Virus record (IMG/VR): IMGVR_UViG_3300031555_004297
Reading direction: 5' to 3' (one strand)
DNA: 64,000 nucleotides
Source of the DNA: a virus
Taxonomy: Duplodnaviria > Caudoviricetes
The notes under the pieces are model-generated. The model had not been told where the DNA came from. It did not search any database and was given only the letters and a program-made list of their open reading frames with translations. Each line of letters opens with the position of its first letter. Position 1 is the first letter of the stretch. A program made the position numbers and the translations under genes. Below are positions 1 to 8,923 of this stretch, one piece after another.

Positions 1-120
1 GGTATCTTTGAATCTGTAGAATTTCTTAATAACTAAAAAATAATAGGACTAGCGCGATTATACGCTAGTCCTGTATATTATTTATTCTTATGAATCAAAT
101 TATAAACCCAAGAAATTATT

Positions 121-678
121 TTATTGAACGTGTGTATCTTTTATTTTTTGTTTTAAAAATGGGATTATATGAAAGAAAATAATAGCGTTAATCTTCTTTC
201 TCTGTGCAGGAAATATATCTTCTTTCTTTCTCTTATTAAACATATCCAGCATAAAGTAATAATCTTCAGAAGGATTGAAATTATTATATTGTGTCGGTTT
301 AAATGCCCCTTCATTATATAAATATAATAAAAGATTTCTAGAGAAAAAATCAGATGTTAATTGAATAAATTTATTCTTTTTAACCGCATCAAGTAATTTT
401 ATCATATCATTATATACGGAAATCTCAAGATCCAAGTCTGGACGACCAAATTTCATAATACAAATACTTCCAATCGGATACAATATATTCCCATTCATAC
501 GATTTTGTATTGTAAACAGATACTTTAAATTCTCTTTGCCGCATACACACTTACTATCAGCATCTTCATCAACTTCACAGTCAACAATTACCCATTCTCG
601 CACAGCTAAATCCCATATTGTATGCACAGATAATTGTAGAACTCTTTTAATTAAATTATTATAGTAATTATTATCCAT
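121..678 (-). CDS. hypothetical protein with putative Zn-binding motif (CxCG...GSxC)
   Basis: 185-aa ORF with AAAGGAG RBS; motif CVCGKENLKYLFTIQN...IGSICI; hairpins on both sides. Confidence 0.7.
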   Translation of the reverse strand: MDNNYYNNLIKRVLQLSVHTIWDLAVREWVIVDCEVDEDADSKCVCGKENLKYLFTIQNRMNGNILYPIGSICIMKFGRPDLDLEISVYNDMIKLLDAVKKNKFIQLTSDFFSRNLLLYLYNEGAFKPTQYNNFNPSEDYYFMLDMFNKRKKEDIFPAQRKKINAIIFFHIIPFLKQKIKDTHVQ

Positions 679-772
679 AATAATATATTTCTCCTTTCGA
701 AATAAATATAGAGATCTGACTTGAAATCAGATCTCTATATTTTATGTGTTTCTTATGTATATAATGCTATCC

Positions 773-3700
773 TTAGATAAGACTTATATACATAAGAATC
801 TCTTCGCAAATCAATTCAGGAAGAATTGTAATTTGCTTACCATTTAGCTCATCGTCTTCATAATCGATTACTTCAAATTCAGAGCTCAAGATTACAGCAA
901 TAATACTAAGAATATGCTTTTCAATCTTCTCATTCTGATATTTTCTCTTAATCTCTTCCCATAATGGAGAAGACTCGAGCTTGGTCAACTCTTTCTTATT
1001 TACATTCTTACGACTTGCAAGACGAATAACTTTCGAGCTGACAATATATGGCAACAAGATCATTCCTGATGCTTCAAGAATTCTCTTAGCTGCAATAATA
1101 AGAACCACATAATCATCAAGATTAATGGCATTGATTGTATTTGTCATTATTTCTTCATATAAGGTCGTTACTCTTATACCGCTTATTATAAAGCTGCTGT
1201 ATATCACTATACAGATGAGACTATATCTTCACCCATTACATTTGCATTGGGGTGGATGCCATTTCCACTCACTCGAGTGTACTCCCGTTCGGGATAGTCG
1301 TTGAACGTTTAAGATGGTAGTGGGAGAGGGGCTCGAACCCCCAGTTAGGACCTGGATTAGAACCAGACCTGTAAACCAGCTCTAATATCATGAGGATCTC
1401 TCATAAAGATATAAGGCTGCTAGTTGCGTTTTCCTAATTTCGCCATCCCACTATATATCTTACTTCGCTGCTGATTGTCTCATTGAGAGTTCCCAGCAAT
1501 TAGACATCTAGTTTGCCATATATTCCTATATGGGGAAACATATACTCTATCTCCAAAATATTTAAAGAACAAATTAAACACTAAGTCACGTTGGAACGAA
1601 TTGACAGTGCATTTTCCTCCAGAGCTTAGACGGTGCTTATAAAACTGAATTTCGTCTTGATCAAACGGTCCATACATCATCTTGATTTGATTCATGGCAT
1701 CGTCTGATGCAACCTGATTTTGGATAAGAAGCGATTCATCCTGCTTTTGAAGGAATGATTCAAATTTATCAAATTCACTCGTTGTGTTCACGTAGGTCGC
1801 TAATCTACGCAGTTCTCTTATGAACTTCTTTAGGTGCTATCTAAAGACCAGACTATATCATCATCTTCAGCATTATCTGATCAGATGTTTCCCATTTCGA
1901 GCTCGCTTAAGCCCTACTCCATTTCTGGATAGTCGTTGAACCTTTATTAGAATTATTTATGACGATTATACATTCTATATCTACCGGTTTTATAATCGTT
2001 TTGTGAGAAATTGTATTTTTGCGATATATGCCGCCATGCCACTCCCTTATATATCGTAGATATTAAGGCAGAAGCATCTGGTGAATCCACCCCGCATGCT
2101 AAAGCTATTTCTGCATATGACAATTTATGTTCATCTAAATGTCTACATATCATTTCAGCTTGAGCTTCAGTAATAATAGCTTTTGGAGAATCCTCTCCTT
2201 TAACATTGAGATCATTTGCAAATGCATGTACATTATTTTCAGAATATGTAGCCCATTCTAAATTCATAAAGAAAGGATTAGATTTGTCTCCATCTAAATG
2301 ATTTATTATAAGACTCTGATCTCCTGGAACAAAATACATGCCTACAATTCGATGCAAAAGAAATGTTTTAGGTTCTCCATAAACATTTAATGATACGGCA
2401 ATATAATTATCTGGGCGTGGTGTTAACTTTAAAAACCGATTTAATTTCTTATCAAAGATTCGTCCAAAATTAGATACTTCATATCTATTTGGATAGATTC
2501 CTTCAATTTTATCTTGTTCGATAGGAACAAAGACTTCGAAGAATTCTAAAGGATAATTTAGATCATTAGGGTTATCTAACATATTTATCACTCCTTTCTT
2601 TGTTTTATTAATAATTCTAATACTTGGCTGCTGATTGCCCATTATATATCAATCCTTAGAGTTTCCTCATAGATCATCTCATAACTTGTTTCCGACTTTC
2701 GTCCCCATATAGGCTTATGAGCTTTAGGGTGTCCCAGCAATTAAGGAAATTTTATTTTTCGCAATATTTCTATTACGCTGAACTAGTAAAGTTAATTCAG
2801 ATCTTCATCTCTGCGGCTAGAGCTTAGCGATACGAAACTATATTCGTATTCAATCATTATCTTCATATAAGGTCGTTACTCTTATACCGTTCTCTTACGA
2901 ACTGCTGTATGTTTCCATACAGATGAGACTATATCATGATCCGCCTATATTGATATAATTCATTATAGGCGGACCTCTCCCATTTCGAACTCACTTGAGC
3001 CCTACTCCATAAAGGATAGTCGTTGAATATTTATCAAAAGGTATAATTGCAAGATATGTTTGTATATCTTCGTTTATGCTTAATATTTGATAAGGTTCTT
3101 TTAAATTGCGCCATATCCTTAGACATATTATCCATACCTAATGCTTTAAGTATAAGATCAAAAGATATATCTATATCTGTTTCAAACATAGAGCATATTT
3201 TATTTATTTGATCATCATTAAAAACTCGATTATGTCTGCCTTGTGGGAATTTATAGTCTTTTGAAATATGAGACCATAATTTTCCTTTCTTAATGGCAGA
3301 TATAAGAGCTATAGGATTTGATGATATGAATTCTAATCCAGTTGCATATGAAATCTCAGAAGCTGATAATCTATCTTCTTCTAACAATCTACATATTTTT
3401 CTTACCATGTTTTCATCTAGTAAACTTTTGATAAGATTATTATCATATGCATGACGAATATTCTCAGATCTGGTTATCCATTCAAGATTTCTATAATAAT
3501 TGTTTCTCGGATTTCCATCTTTGTGATTAACCTCAAGTTCTGGAGAATACCCAGGACAGAAACATTTTGCAACAATTCTAGATACAAGAGCCAGAATACC
3601 AGTTCCATCTTTAAGTGTTAGATTAACATAAGCTCTATTTTTAAATTGACCCAAATAATTAAATGAATATACCTTACCATGTTTATCATAATCTATATTA

Positions 3701-5703
3701 GATATATAGCCATAATTGCTAACTATATATCTATTCTCAACTATACCGGGAACAATATTATCCGTTATCGGAACCCAAATTTCATCTATATATTGCATTA
3801 CTTTATATAGCATAATTGTTCCTCCTTATTGATACTTTACTGCTGATTAGCATGCTACTTTTAGTAGTTTAGCCTTCCAGCAATTAGAGAGATTTGCTAT
3901 ATACATTACTGTATATAGGGACATTACTCTATCCAATATTTGAAATCCCGTGTTGCGCAAAATACTTTTATAGTTGAGATGCACGAGATTTCCATCGTAA
4001 CGATACTTCGATTATACTTTATGTCGCCATAAAGACTAGACTATATCTTGATCTTATATTCTATTACCGTTTATAAGATCCTCCCCATTTCCATTTGACT
4101 AATATCAAATGTACTCTACTCAGTTACTCACTAGAATCTTTCTTTCTAGTTACCTTTTCGATAGTCGTTGAACGTTCCTCTTGCGAGGCTTCGCTGCTGA
4201 TTGTCTCATTGAGAGTTCCCAGCAATTAAAGGAGTTTATTATTCATAGTGTCACCACTATGCTGCCCTAAGCAGTTAAGGCATAATATTAATAAGCACAT
4301 TCTGCACTGATTGCAGAGTGTGGATTGTGGTATCAATACCACGAATGTCCTGCATATTCCAAATTGTCTGATTACGTTTAGCTGTTCTCAAGACATTAGA
4401 GATTGCAGTTTCATAAAGTTTGCTATAAATGTCTACATTATATTTCTCGTTATACTTAGAGATGAGCATATCATAAACGCTTAAGATAAACTCACTCGAG
4501 TTAGTAATCTTACGAGCATACATAAAGTGACACATTAGCGGAATCATACAGTTCATAACGACAGATGCTTTCATCATGATCTGTCCATGTCTCGAAATAT
4601 TCACATGAGTCGCATACTCATGCAGTCTATAAGTTGTATGATTAGTTGGTCTTATAGACGTCTCCACGGTTTGCATGGAGTCTAGACTATATCTTCACCT
4701 TCGGCTTACTGACCCGTTAAGGTGCTCCCCATTTCGGATCGAGCATTGATCCTACTCTACTAATCAGATATATCTGAACCAGGGGCGATATATCTGCTTT
4801 CGATAGTCGTTGAACCTTCGTCCTCTGCCCTTAGCCCTTTTCTTATGTAAACTACCGTGCGGGGGTTACGAATAAAAGGGATTGTTTTTGCATGTCACTG
4901 CGAAAATAAATAAATCGTTCAAAAATAGGTTTGGTACGGATGAGAGGTATGAACTCTCTAAACTTCTATAAAGATCCGCATATGAATATTTGACATGCGT
5001 ATATTAATCGTTCATGGGCTGACAGGGGTGCTTGGCTGCTGGTTATTCATTGTTAATATTGGTTAGGATTTCTCCATACAACATCTCATCACTTCTTTCT
5101 GAATTTCTTCTCTATCGGAGCCTGACACATAGGGCCTTCTCCTGTAGCAGATGAGCTTTAGGACTTCCCAGCAATTAAAGGAGTTTATCCTGCTATATTT
5201 CTATATCAGGGTGACTGTTCTCAATCACTATATTGCAAATTAGGATTCTTAATATTCTTATAGGTTAGATTAAGGGAATAATTGTCTCTATTCATAAATC
5301 CTATTTTAAGGGCAATAGAGCCATCCATAATATAACGATACAAGTCATAGAAGAATGCCTCGCGAGTATAAGCCGGCTCGTAATCGATAAGATACTTAAG
5401 ACGGCAATACATAAATACAAGTTCATGATCTTTATCATAGAACTTTTCGAAATAGTTCAAGTACTGAACTGTATGAGTTCTCATTTCGGGATTATTGTAA
5501 GATCTCTTGGTGCTCATCATAAAGCTATCCAAGCTCGCATTTTGTTCCATACCAAAAAAAGATGACACGTCGAGCATGATCGCCCCTCGGATGGTCTTAA
5601 AGACTTCATCTTCAGGACTTGGCACCCATGTATCAATAGGTTGGAACTCCAATGGTTCAAAGAACTCCATTGGTGACAATAATTCTTGTTGTTTAGAACT
5701 CAT
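773..5703 (-). CDS. sigma-like promoter-specificity subunit of non-virion RNA polymerase (AR9 gp226/phiKZ gp68-like); spliced from 6 exons: 5224-5703, 4278-4592, 3931-4008, 2795-2854, 1549-1779, 773-1144 (511 aa)
   Basis: Removing five group I introns gives one continuous frame; all junctions are phase 0 (YSD|RHG, IMP|KYR, ILD|IEY, DLN|SEF, FGD|TNT). Motifs KRSYNN, LQYSD..KASVVM..IP.MCHF, KLYE, I.PK, DEDLNSEFDKFE, NSFQ, EEILMYISLI match gp226 as recalled. ATG at 5703 with AAGGAGG RBS and an early-type promoter upstream. Confidence 0.85.
1145..1548 (-). ncRNA. group I intron 5 of sigma-like gene (404 nt, tRNA-like element in L6)
   Basis: P1 GGAGAT|…GTTTCC with U.G; core motifs; ends …ATAATG|ACA. 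Confidence 0.9.
1315..1452 (-). tRNA. tRNA-Leu-like (class II) cloverleaf with extended, non-canonical anticodon arm, nested in intron 5
   Basis: Acceptor AGTGGGA/TCCCACT + A + CCA; D-arm GCG-AAATTAGGAAAA-CGC; T-arm GGGGG-TTCGAGC-CCCTC; long variable arm; anticodon stem ACTAG/CTGGT encloses 40 nt rather than 7. Confidence 0.75.
1780..2794 (-). ncRNA. group I intron 4 of sigma-like gene (1015 nt, HNH ORF in L6)
   Basis: P1 CTGAAT|…GTTCAG with U.G; core motifs; ends …CACAACG|AGT. Confidence 0.9.
1953..2582 (-). CDS. intron-encoded HNH homing endonuclease (NUMOD4-like + HNH_3 + C-terminal HTH)
   Basis: YEVSNFGRI, LLHRIVGMYF…INHLDGDKSNP…NLEWATYSENNVHA; ATG 2582 with AAAGGAG RBS; inside intron 4. 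Confidence 0.9.
   Translation of the reverse strand: MLDNPNDLNYPLEFFEVFVPIEQDKIEGIYPNRYEVSNFGRIFDKKLNRFLKLTPRPDNYIAVSLNVYGEPKTFLLHRIVGMYFVPGDQSLIINHLDGDKSNPFFMNLEWATYSENNVHAFANDLNVKGEDSPKAIITEAQAEMICRHLDEHKLSYAEIALACGVDSPDASALISTIYKGVAWRHISQKYNFSQNDYKTGRYRMYNRHK
2855..3930 (-). ncRNA. group I intron 3 of sigma-like gene (1076 nt, HNH ORF in L6)
   Basis: P1 GGAT|…GTCC with U.G; core motifs; ends …ATAATG|ATT. Confidence 0.9.
3034..3813 (-). CDS. intron-encoded HNH homing endonuclease
   Basis: YIVSNYG, VSRIVAKCF…VNHKDGNPRNNYYRNLEWITRSENIRHA; two C-terminal repeats; inside intron 3. Confidence 0.9.
   Translation of the reverse strand: MLYKVMQYIDEIWVPITDNIVPGIVENRYIVSNYGYISNIDYDKHGKVYSFNYLGQFKNRAYVNLTLKDGTGILALVSRIVAKCFCPGYSPELEVNHKDGNPRNNYYRNLEWITRSENIRHAYDNNLIKSLLDENMVRKICRLLEEDRLSASEISYATGLEFISSNPIALISAIKKGKLWSHISKDYKFPQGRHNRVFNDDQINKICSMFETDIDISFDLILKALGMDNMSKDMAQFKRTLSNIKHKRRYTNISCNYTF
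4009..4277 (-). ncRNA. group I intron 2 of sigma-like gene (269 nt, no cargo)
   Basis: P1 TGCCT|TAA-CTGC-TTA-GGGCA; P/Q/R/S core motifs; ends …AATCG|AAG. Confidence 0.9.
4593..5223 (-). ncRNA. group I intron 1 of sigma-like gene (631 nt; structured RNA with mini tRNA-like element in L6)
   Basis: P1 GTGAT|TG-AGAA-CA-GTCAC with U.G pair at the 5' splice site; core motifs AATTGCTGGGAA, AACCAGCAG, GTTCAACGACTA, AAGATATAGTC; ends in G (…TTTCG|AGA). Confidence 0.9.
4932..4980 (-). ncRNA. mini tRNA-like element (acceptor stem + T-arm + CCA) nested in intron 1
   Basis: (T)GCGGAT-CTTTATAGAAGTTTA-GAGAG-TTCATAC-CTCTC-ATCCGT-A-CCA. Confidence 0.6.
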
Positions 5704-5736
5704 TTTGTAAACCTCCTTGATATATTTTTCCACAAT

Positions 5737-5745
5737 TATAATATA
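5737..5745 (-). promoter_or_regulatory. early-type promoter TATATTATA upstream of sigma-like gene
   Basis: Same motif at 12194-12202, 15779-15787, 19299-19307. Confidence 0.65.
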
Positions 5746-5749
5746 CAAC

Positions 5750-6550
5750 TCATTTCTTTTTTATACTTTTTACGGTTTTAGAAATGGGTGTACGTTTTAC
5801 GCTGTTAGTAGTCTTAGTGGTTCTGACATTACTCGATGTCTGAGCCATTCTGATATTACCAGAGGGGCTTACTAAGTTCCTTTCAGCAGAGGCTGCTTTT
5901 CTAGCCTCCTTTTTCTTTTCGTTAGCTTCTTGCTTGCGCTGTTTTTCTCCGAGTTCTTGACGTAAAGCAATCTTGTCATCAGTATGCATTACAGATTGAA
6001 CCAAGCGGCTCTCGCTATAAGGCATGCCATAAGATGTGTACATCGACTTAGAAAACAAATTCTTTGTCTTCATAAAGAGATACGCAAAATACAAGATCTT
6101 GCTATATCCAGGAACTTCATATGGATTCTTTTCTTTAGGATCTTTCTTAAGAGCAAGTTTCGAAGACTTCGGCTTTAAGTCTTCAAAAAACAGGTCATTC
6201 TTCAGAAATACTCTAAGATAAGTAAAGACAAACGCTGGGTCGTTGGAGAAGAATTTGACATAGTAGTCCTGTAGGCTGGGTGATGATCTTTTAGCCGCAT
6301 CATTTGTGTAAAATAGAATAACAGCATCATAGTAGAAGTCCTTTACGGTTTCAGAAGGTACCTTAATATGTGCTACATAACGATCCTTCTTATTATCTAC
6401 ATGCAATGTGAAATCTATCTTACCAGCCTCTCTTAGAAATACTTTATCAAACTTCTCTGTGTAGAGCTGCTTAAATAGATCTCTTTGAGAAAATACAGCA
6501 TTGTGTTTACCCATTGGGTTATCTATGTACTGCTGGAATGTCATTTCCAT
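5750..6550 (-). CDS. hypothetical protein with basic C-terminal tail (late promoter upstream)
   Basis: Long ORF, RBS GAAAGGTGG, AACA-N6-TA at 6582-6593. Confidence 0.7.
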   Translation of the reverse strand: MEMTFQQYIDNPMGKHNAVFSQRDLFKQLYTEKFDKVFLREAGKIDFTLHVDNKKDRYVAHIKVPSETVKDFYYDAVILFYTNDAAKRSSPSLQDYYVKFFSNDPAFVFTYLRVFLKNDLFFEDLKPKSSKLALKKDPKEKNPYEVPGYSKILYFAYLFMKTKNLFSKSMYTSYGMPYSESRLVQSVMHTDDKIALRQELGEKQRKQEANEKKKEARKAASAERNLVSPSGNIRMAQTSSNVRTTKTTNSVKRTPISKTVKSIKKK

Positions 6551-6710
6551 TACTTCCACCACCTTTCAATTAAAGTTAACTTATTGTAGTGTTTTCGAGA
6601 ATGTAAAAAAATAAAGCTGTGGTAACTTTTTACCACAGCTTTATAGTTTAATTATATGGTACACCTATTTCATAAAATCCTATAGTATATTTCATTTAAC
6701 CTTCTTTGAA

Positions 6711-7784
6711 TTATTCGATAATTTTAAACCATCCAAAACATGTTTTTCCCGCGCGTATTCCTTCTTTTGCTTCAGGGCTATCAATATTTAGAATCTGGTA
6801 CAATTCTCCACAGTAATCGTTACTATACTTTTCTGGTGCATTTGTACATTCTTCATCTGTAAGCCATTCAATAGCAATACATTCTAATGCTCTCTCTTCA
6901 GGATCCTTATTCTGATCAAGAACAAGATACACATCCCTATCTCTTACAGATTGCCCTATTTGAAAACTGTCTTGAATAATAATAGGAATAAAAGGATCTA
7001 GCTTAGAATGATCTATAAACGTATGATCTTTAGTATCATCCATAATCTTAAACCATCCAGCATGAATGGGTATTCCAGCACGTGCCTTTCTTTCCAAAAA
7101 GTCAAGTGATAATCTGGTATATTTATTATCATGATCAAATTCGCCGAAATAATCGTTATTATATCTTGAATGAGACATATCATATTCAGCATTGCTTATC
7201 CATTTATCTCCTAAGCAGGCAATCTTGATAGGATTTTTATATTTCTCAGGATGAATAAGATAGTACTCTTCTTTATTCTCCCTAAGATTCTTCAAGATCA
7301 TCCAATCAAGATCACGGCCTTTGTTTAAGGTATATACCATCACAGGTACGTATCCATAGAGATCAAGCTCTGTTTCAAAATCATCGATTTCATATCCATA
7401 AAATTCTGGAGTGCCAGATCGACGAAGGTCTGTAAAGAATGGATATCTGATTCCTCTCTTATATGCTGCTATGATATTATCTTCGTTAATATGACCGTAT
7501 TTAGAATGTTTAAAATACGGTGCCAAAGTTATAGAAGATCCGGCAATGCATTTCTTACTTATATTCCAATGATTGCCATCTCTAGAGCATTTGTATCCAG
7601 CTCTATACATTGCTAAAGCAAAATCTTCATTAGATATATGAATACCCACATCGGCTTCAAATGCGTGCCTAAGATATCCTGTATGAGGAGTATCTTTGTT
7701 TACATTTTTAACATGAATACAATTGTATGCAATCCAACAATCGATGCATGCAAGTATTTCTGGTGTCGTAATTCTAGTTTCCAT
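6711..7784 (-). CDS. hypothetical protein with a tandemly duplicated C-terminal domain
   Basis: Two copies ending NDY.GE…GWFKI; AAAGGAG RBS. Confidence 0.7.
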   Translation of the reverse strand: METRITTPEILACIDCWIAYNCIHVKNVNKDTPHTGYLRHAFEADVGIHISNEDFALAMYRAGYKCSRDGNHWNISKKCIAGSSITLAPYFKHSKYGHINEDNIIAAYKRGIRYPFFTDLRRSGTPEFYGYEIDDFETELDLYGYVPVMVYTLNKGRDLDWMILKNLRENKEEYYLIHPEKYKNPIKIACLGDKWISNAEYDMSHSRYNNDYFGEFDHDNKYTRLSLDFLERKARAGIPIHAGWFKIMDDTKDHTFIDHSKLDPFIPIIIQDSFQIGQSVRDRDVYLVLDQNKDPEERALECIAIEWLTDEECTNAPEKYSNDYCGELYQILNIDSPEAKEGIRAGKTCFGWFKIIE

Positions 7785-7805
7785 AATATTTTATTCTCCT
7801 TTAAA

Positions 7806-8855
7806 TTAAGTTGTTACTTTACTCTTATTAGATCTTGCAGCTTCTTTTGCTCCTCGATTCATATTTACATGAACAGGCTCTACCCATCTTGCAATAAGTT
7901 CGCGATTATCAGAATCTTTAGGTCCGTACCAGTAATGATGCCAATGTCCGGCTCTCATATGAGGAATCCTAGACGCTTTAGGCCTCATACGGATATATGT
8001 TTTATTTACATCCAGCTCGCGTTTTTCTCTAGCATTATCCTCTTCATTTTTAGATCTACTAATAGTCCTACCGATAGCTGCCTTAAGAGGCTCATCATCT
8101 ACAACATCTTCGGGTCTATCTATCCACTGGATATCAAGTTTTGGAATATAAGTTCCTTTATATTTAGGATCGTTATTCTCTTCAAGAATATATAAGAATA
8201 AACTTAATACCTTTAAGCAATAAGACTTATATCCTTCTTTAACCTCTCCAGAAATATGATAGATATTATCTTTAATAAGCTCTCCATCATTGAGTACAAG
8301 TTTGTACTCTCTTAAAACTGTCATAGAACGCCAGTGAAGCTCTCTATTATATTCTTTAATAAGATTAGGAATTGTAAATGAGCATATATTCAGAGCCAAT
8401 CCATCAACAGATGTTTCATCACGATAAATGATGATACAATTATTCATATGATTTTGCTTACTTGGTACATACATGCACATCCCATTGAATGGGAGTTTGG
8501 TAAAGAAATCAGAATCGATCTCTTTATTACCTACATAAGATAACATGATTTCATTTACAGAATCCTCATCAAATATATAGAGTTTTCGGTGCTCTTTCCA
8601 GTGATAGAATGCACAAAGACGGCTTGCCATCATAGATACGGTGAGTTTATCATTTAGCGACATTCCATTTTTCTTATAATATTTAACAAGTTCAGACCAA
8701 ACTGTATCGCTAGATGTCTTTGCATCTTTAAAAAAGTTTAGTCGCTCCTTTTCACCTGTTTTATCGAGCTGCTCATAGAAACCACTATATATTCTTTTAG
8801 TCCTATCTAAAGCAACATCCATTAAATCTGTAGGATCATAATATTCTTCAGACAT
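7806..8855 (-). CDS. AcrVA2-like family protein (putative anti-CRISPR/anti-defence)
   Basis: C-terminal PHMRAGHWHHYWYG…RWVEPVHV motif and LPF..MCMYV, as recalled for AcrVA2-family proteins. Confidence 0.5.
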   Translation of the reverse strand: MSEEYYDPTDLMDVALDRTKRIYSGFYEQLDKTGEKERLNFFKDAKTSSDTVWSELVKYYKKNGMSLNDKLTVSMMASRLCAFYHWKEHRKLYIFDEDSVNEIMLSYVGNKEIDSDFFTKLPFNGMCMYVPSKQNHMNNCIIIYRDETSVDGLALNICSFTIPNLIKEYNRELHWRSMTVLREYKLVLNDGELIKDNIYHISGEVKEGYKSYCLKVLSLFLYILEENNDPKYKGTYIPKLDIQWIDRPEDVVDDEPLKAAIGRTISRSKNEEDNAREKRELDVNKTYIRMRPKASRIPHMRAGHWHHYWYGPKDSDNRELIARWVEPVHVNMNRGAKEAARSNKSKVTT

Positions 8856-8923
8856 ATTATCATCTCCTTTCTTTTAATAAATAGATAGATACCAGGTAGT
8901 TTAATACCTGGTACCTTTTAGTG

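Noticed and set aside
4932-4980. tmRNA fragment
   Set aside because: No G3.U70 alanine identity pair and no tag reading frame recognisable
773-5748. ORF-track entries 773-1207, 1480-1791, 4275-4676 and 5221-5748 as four independent genes
   Set aside because: Their ends run into intron sequence (or upstream of the true ATG); they are exons of one spliced gene
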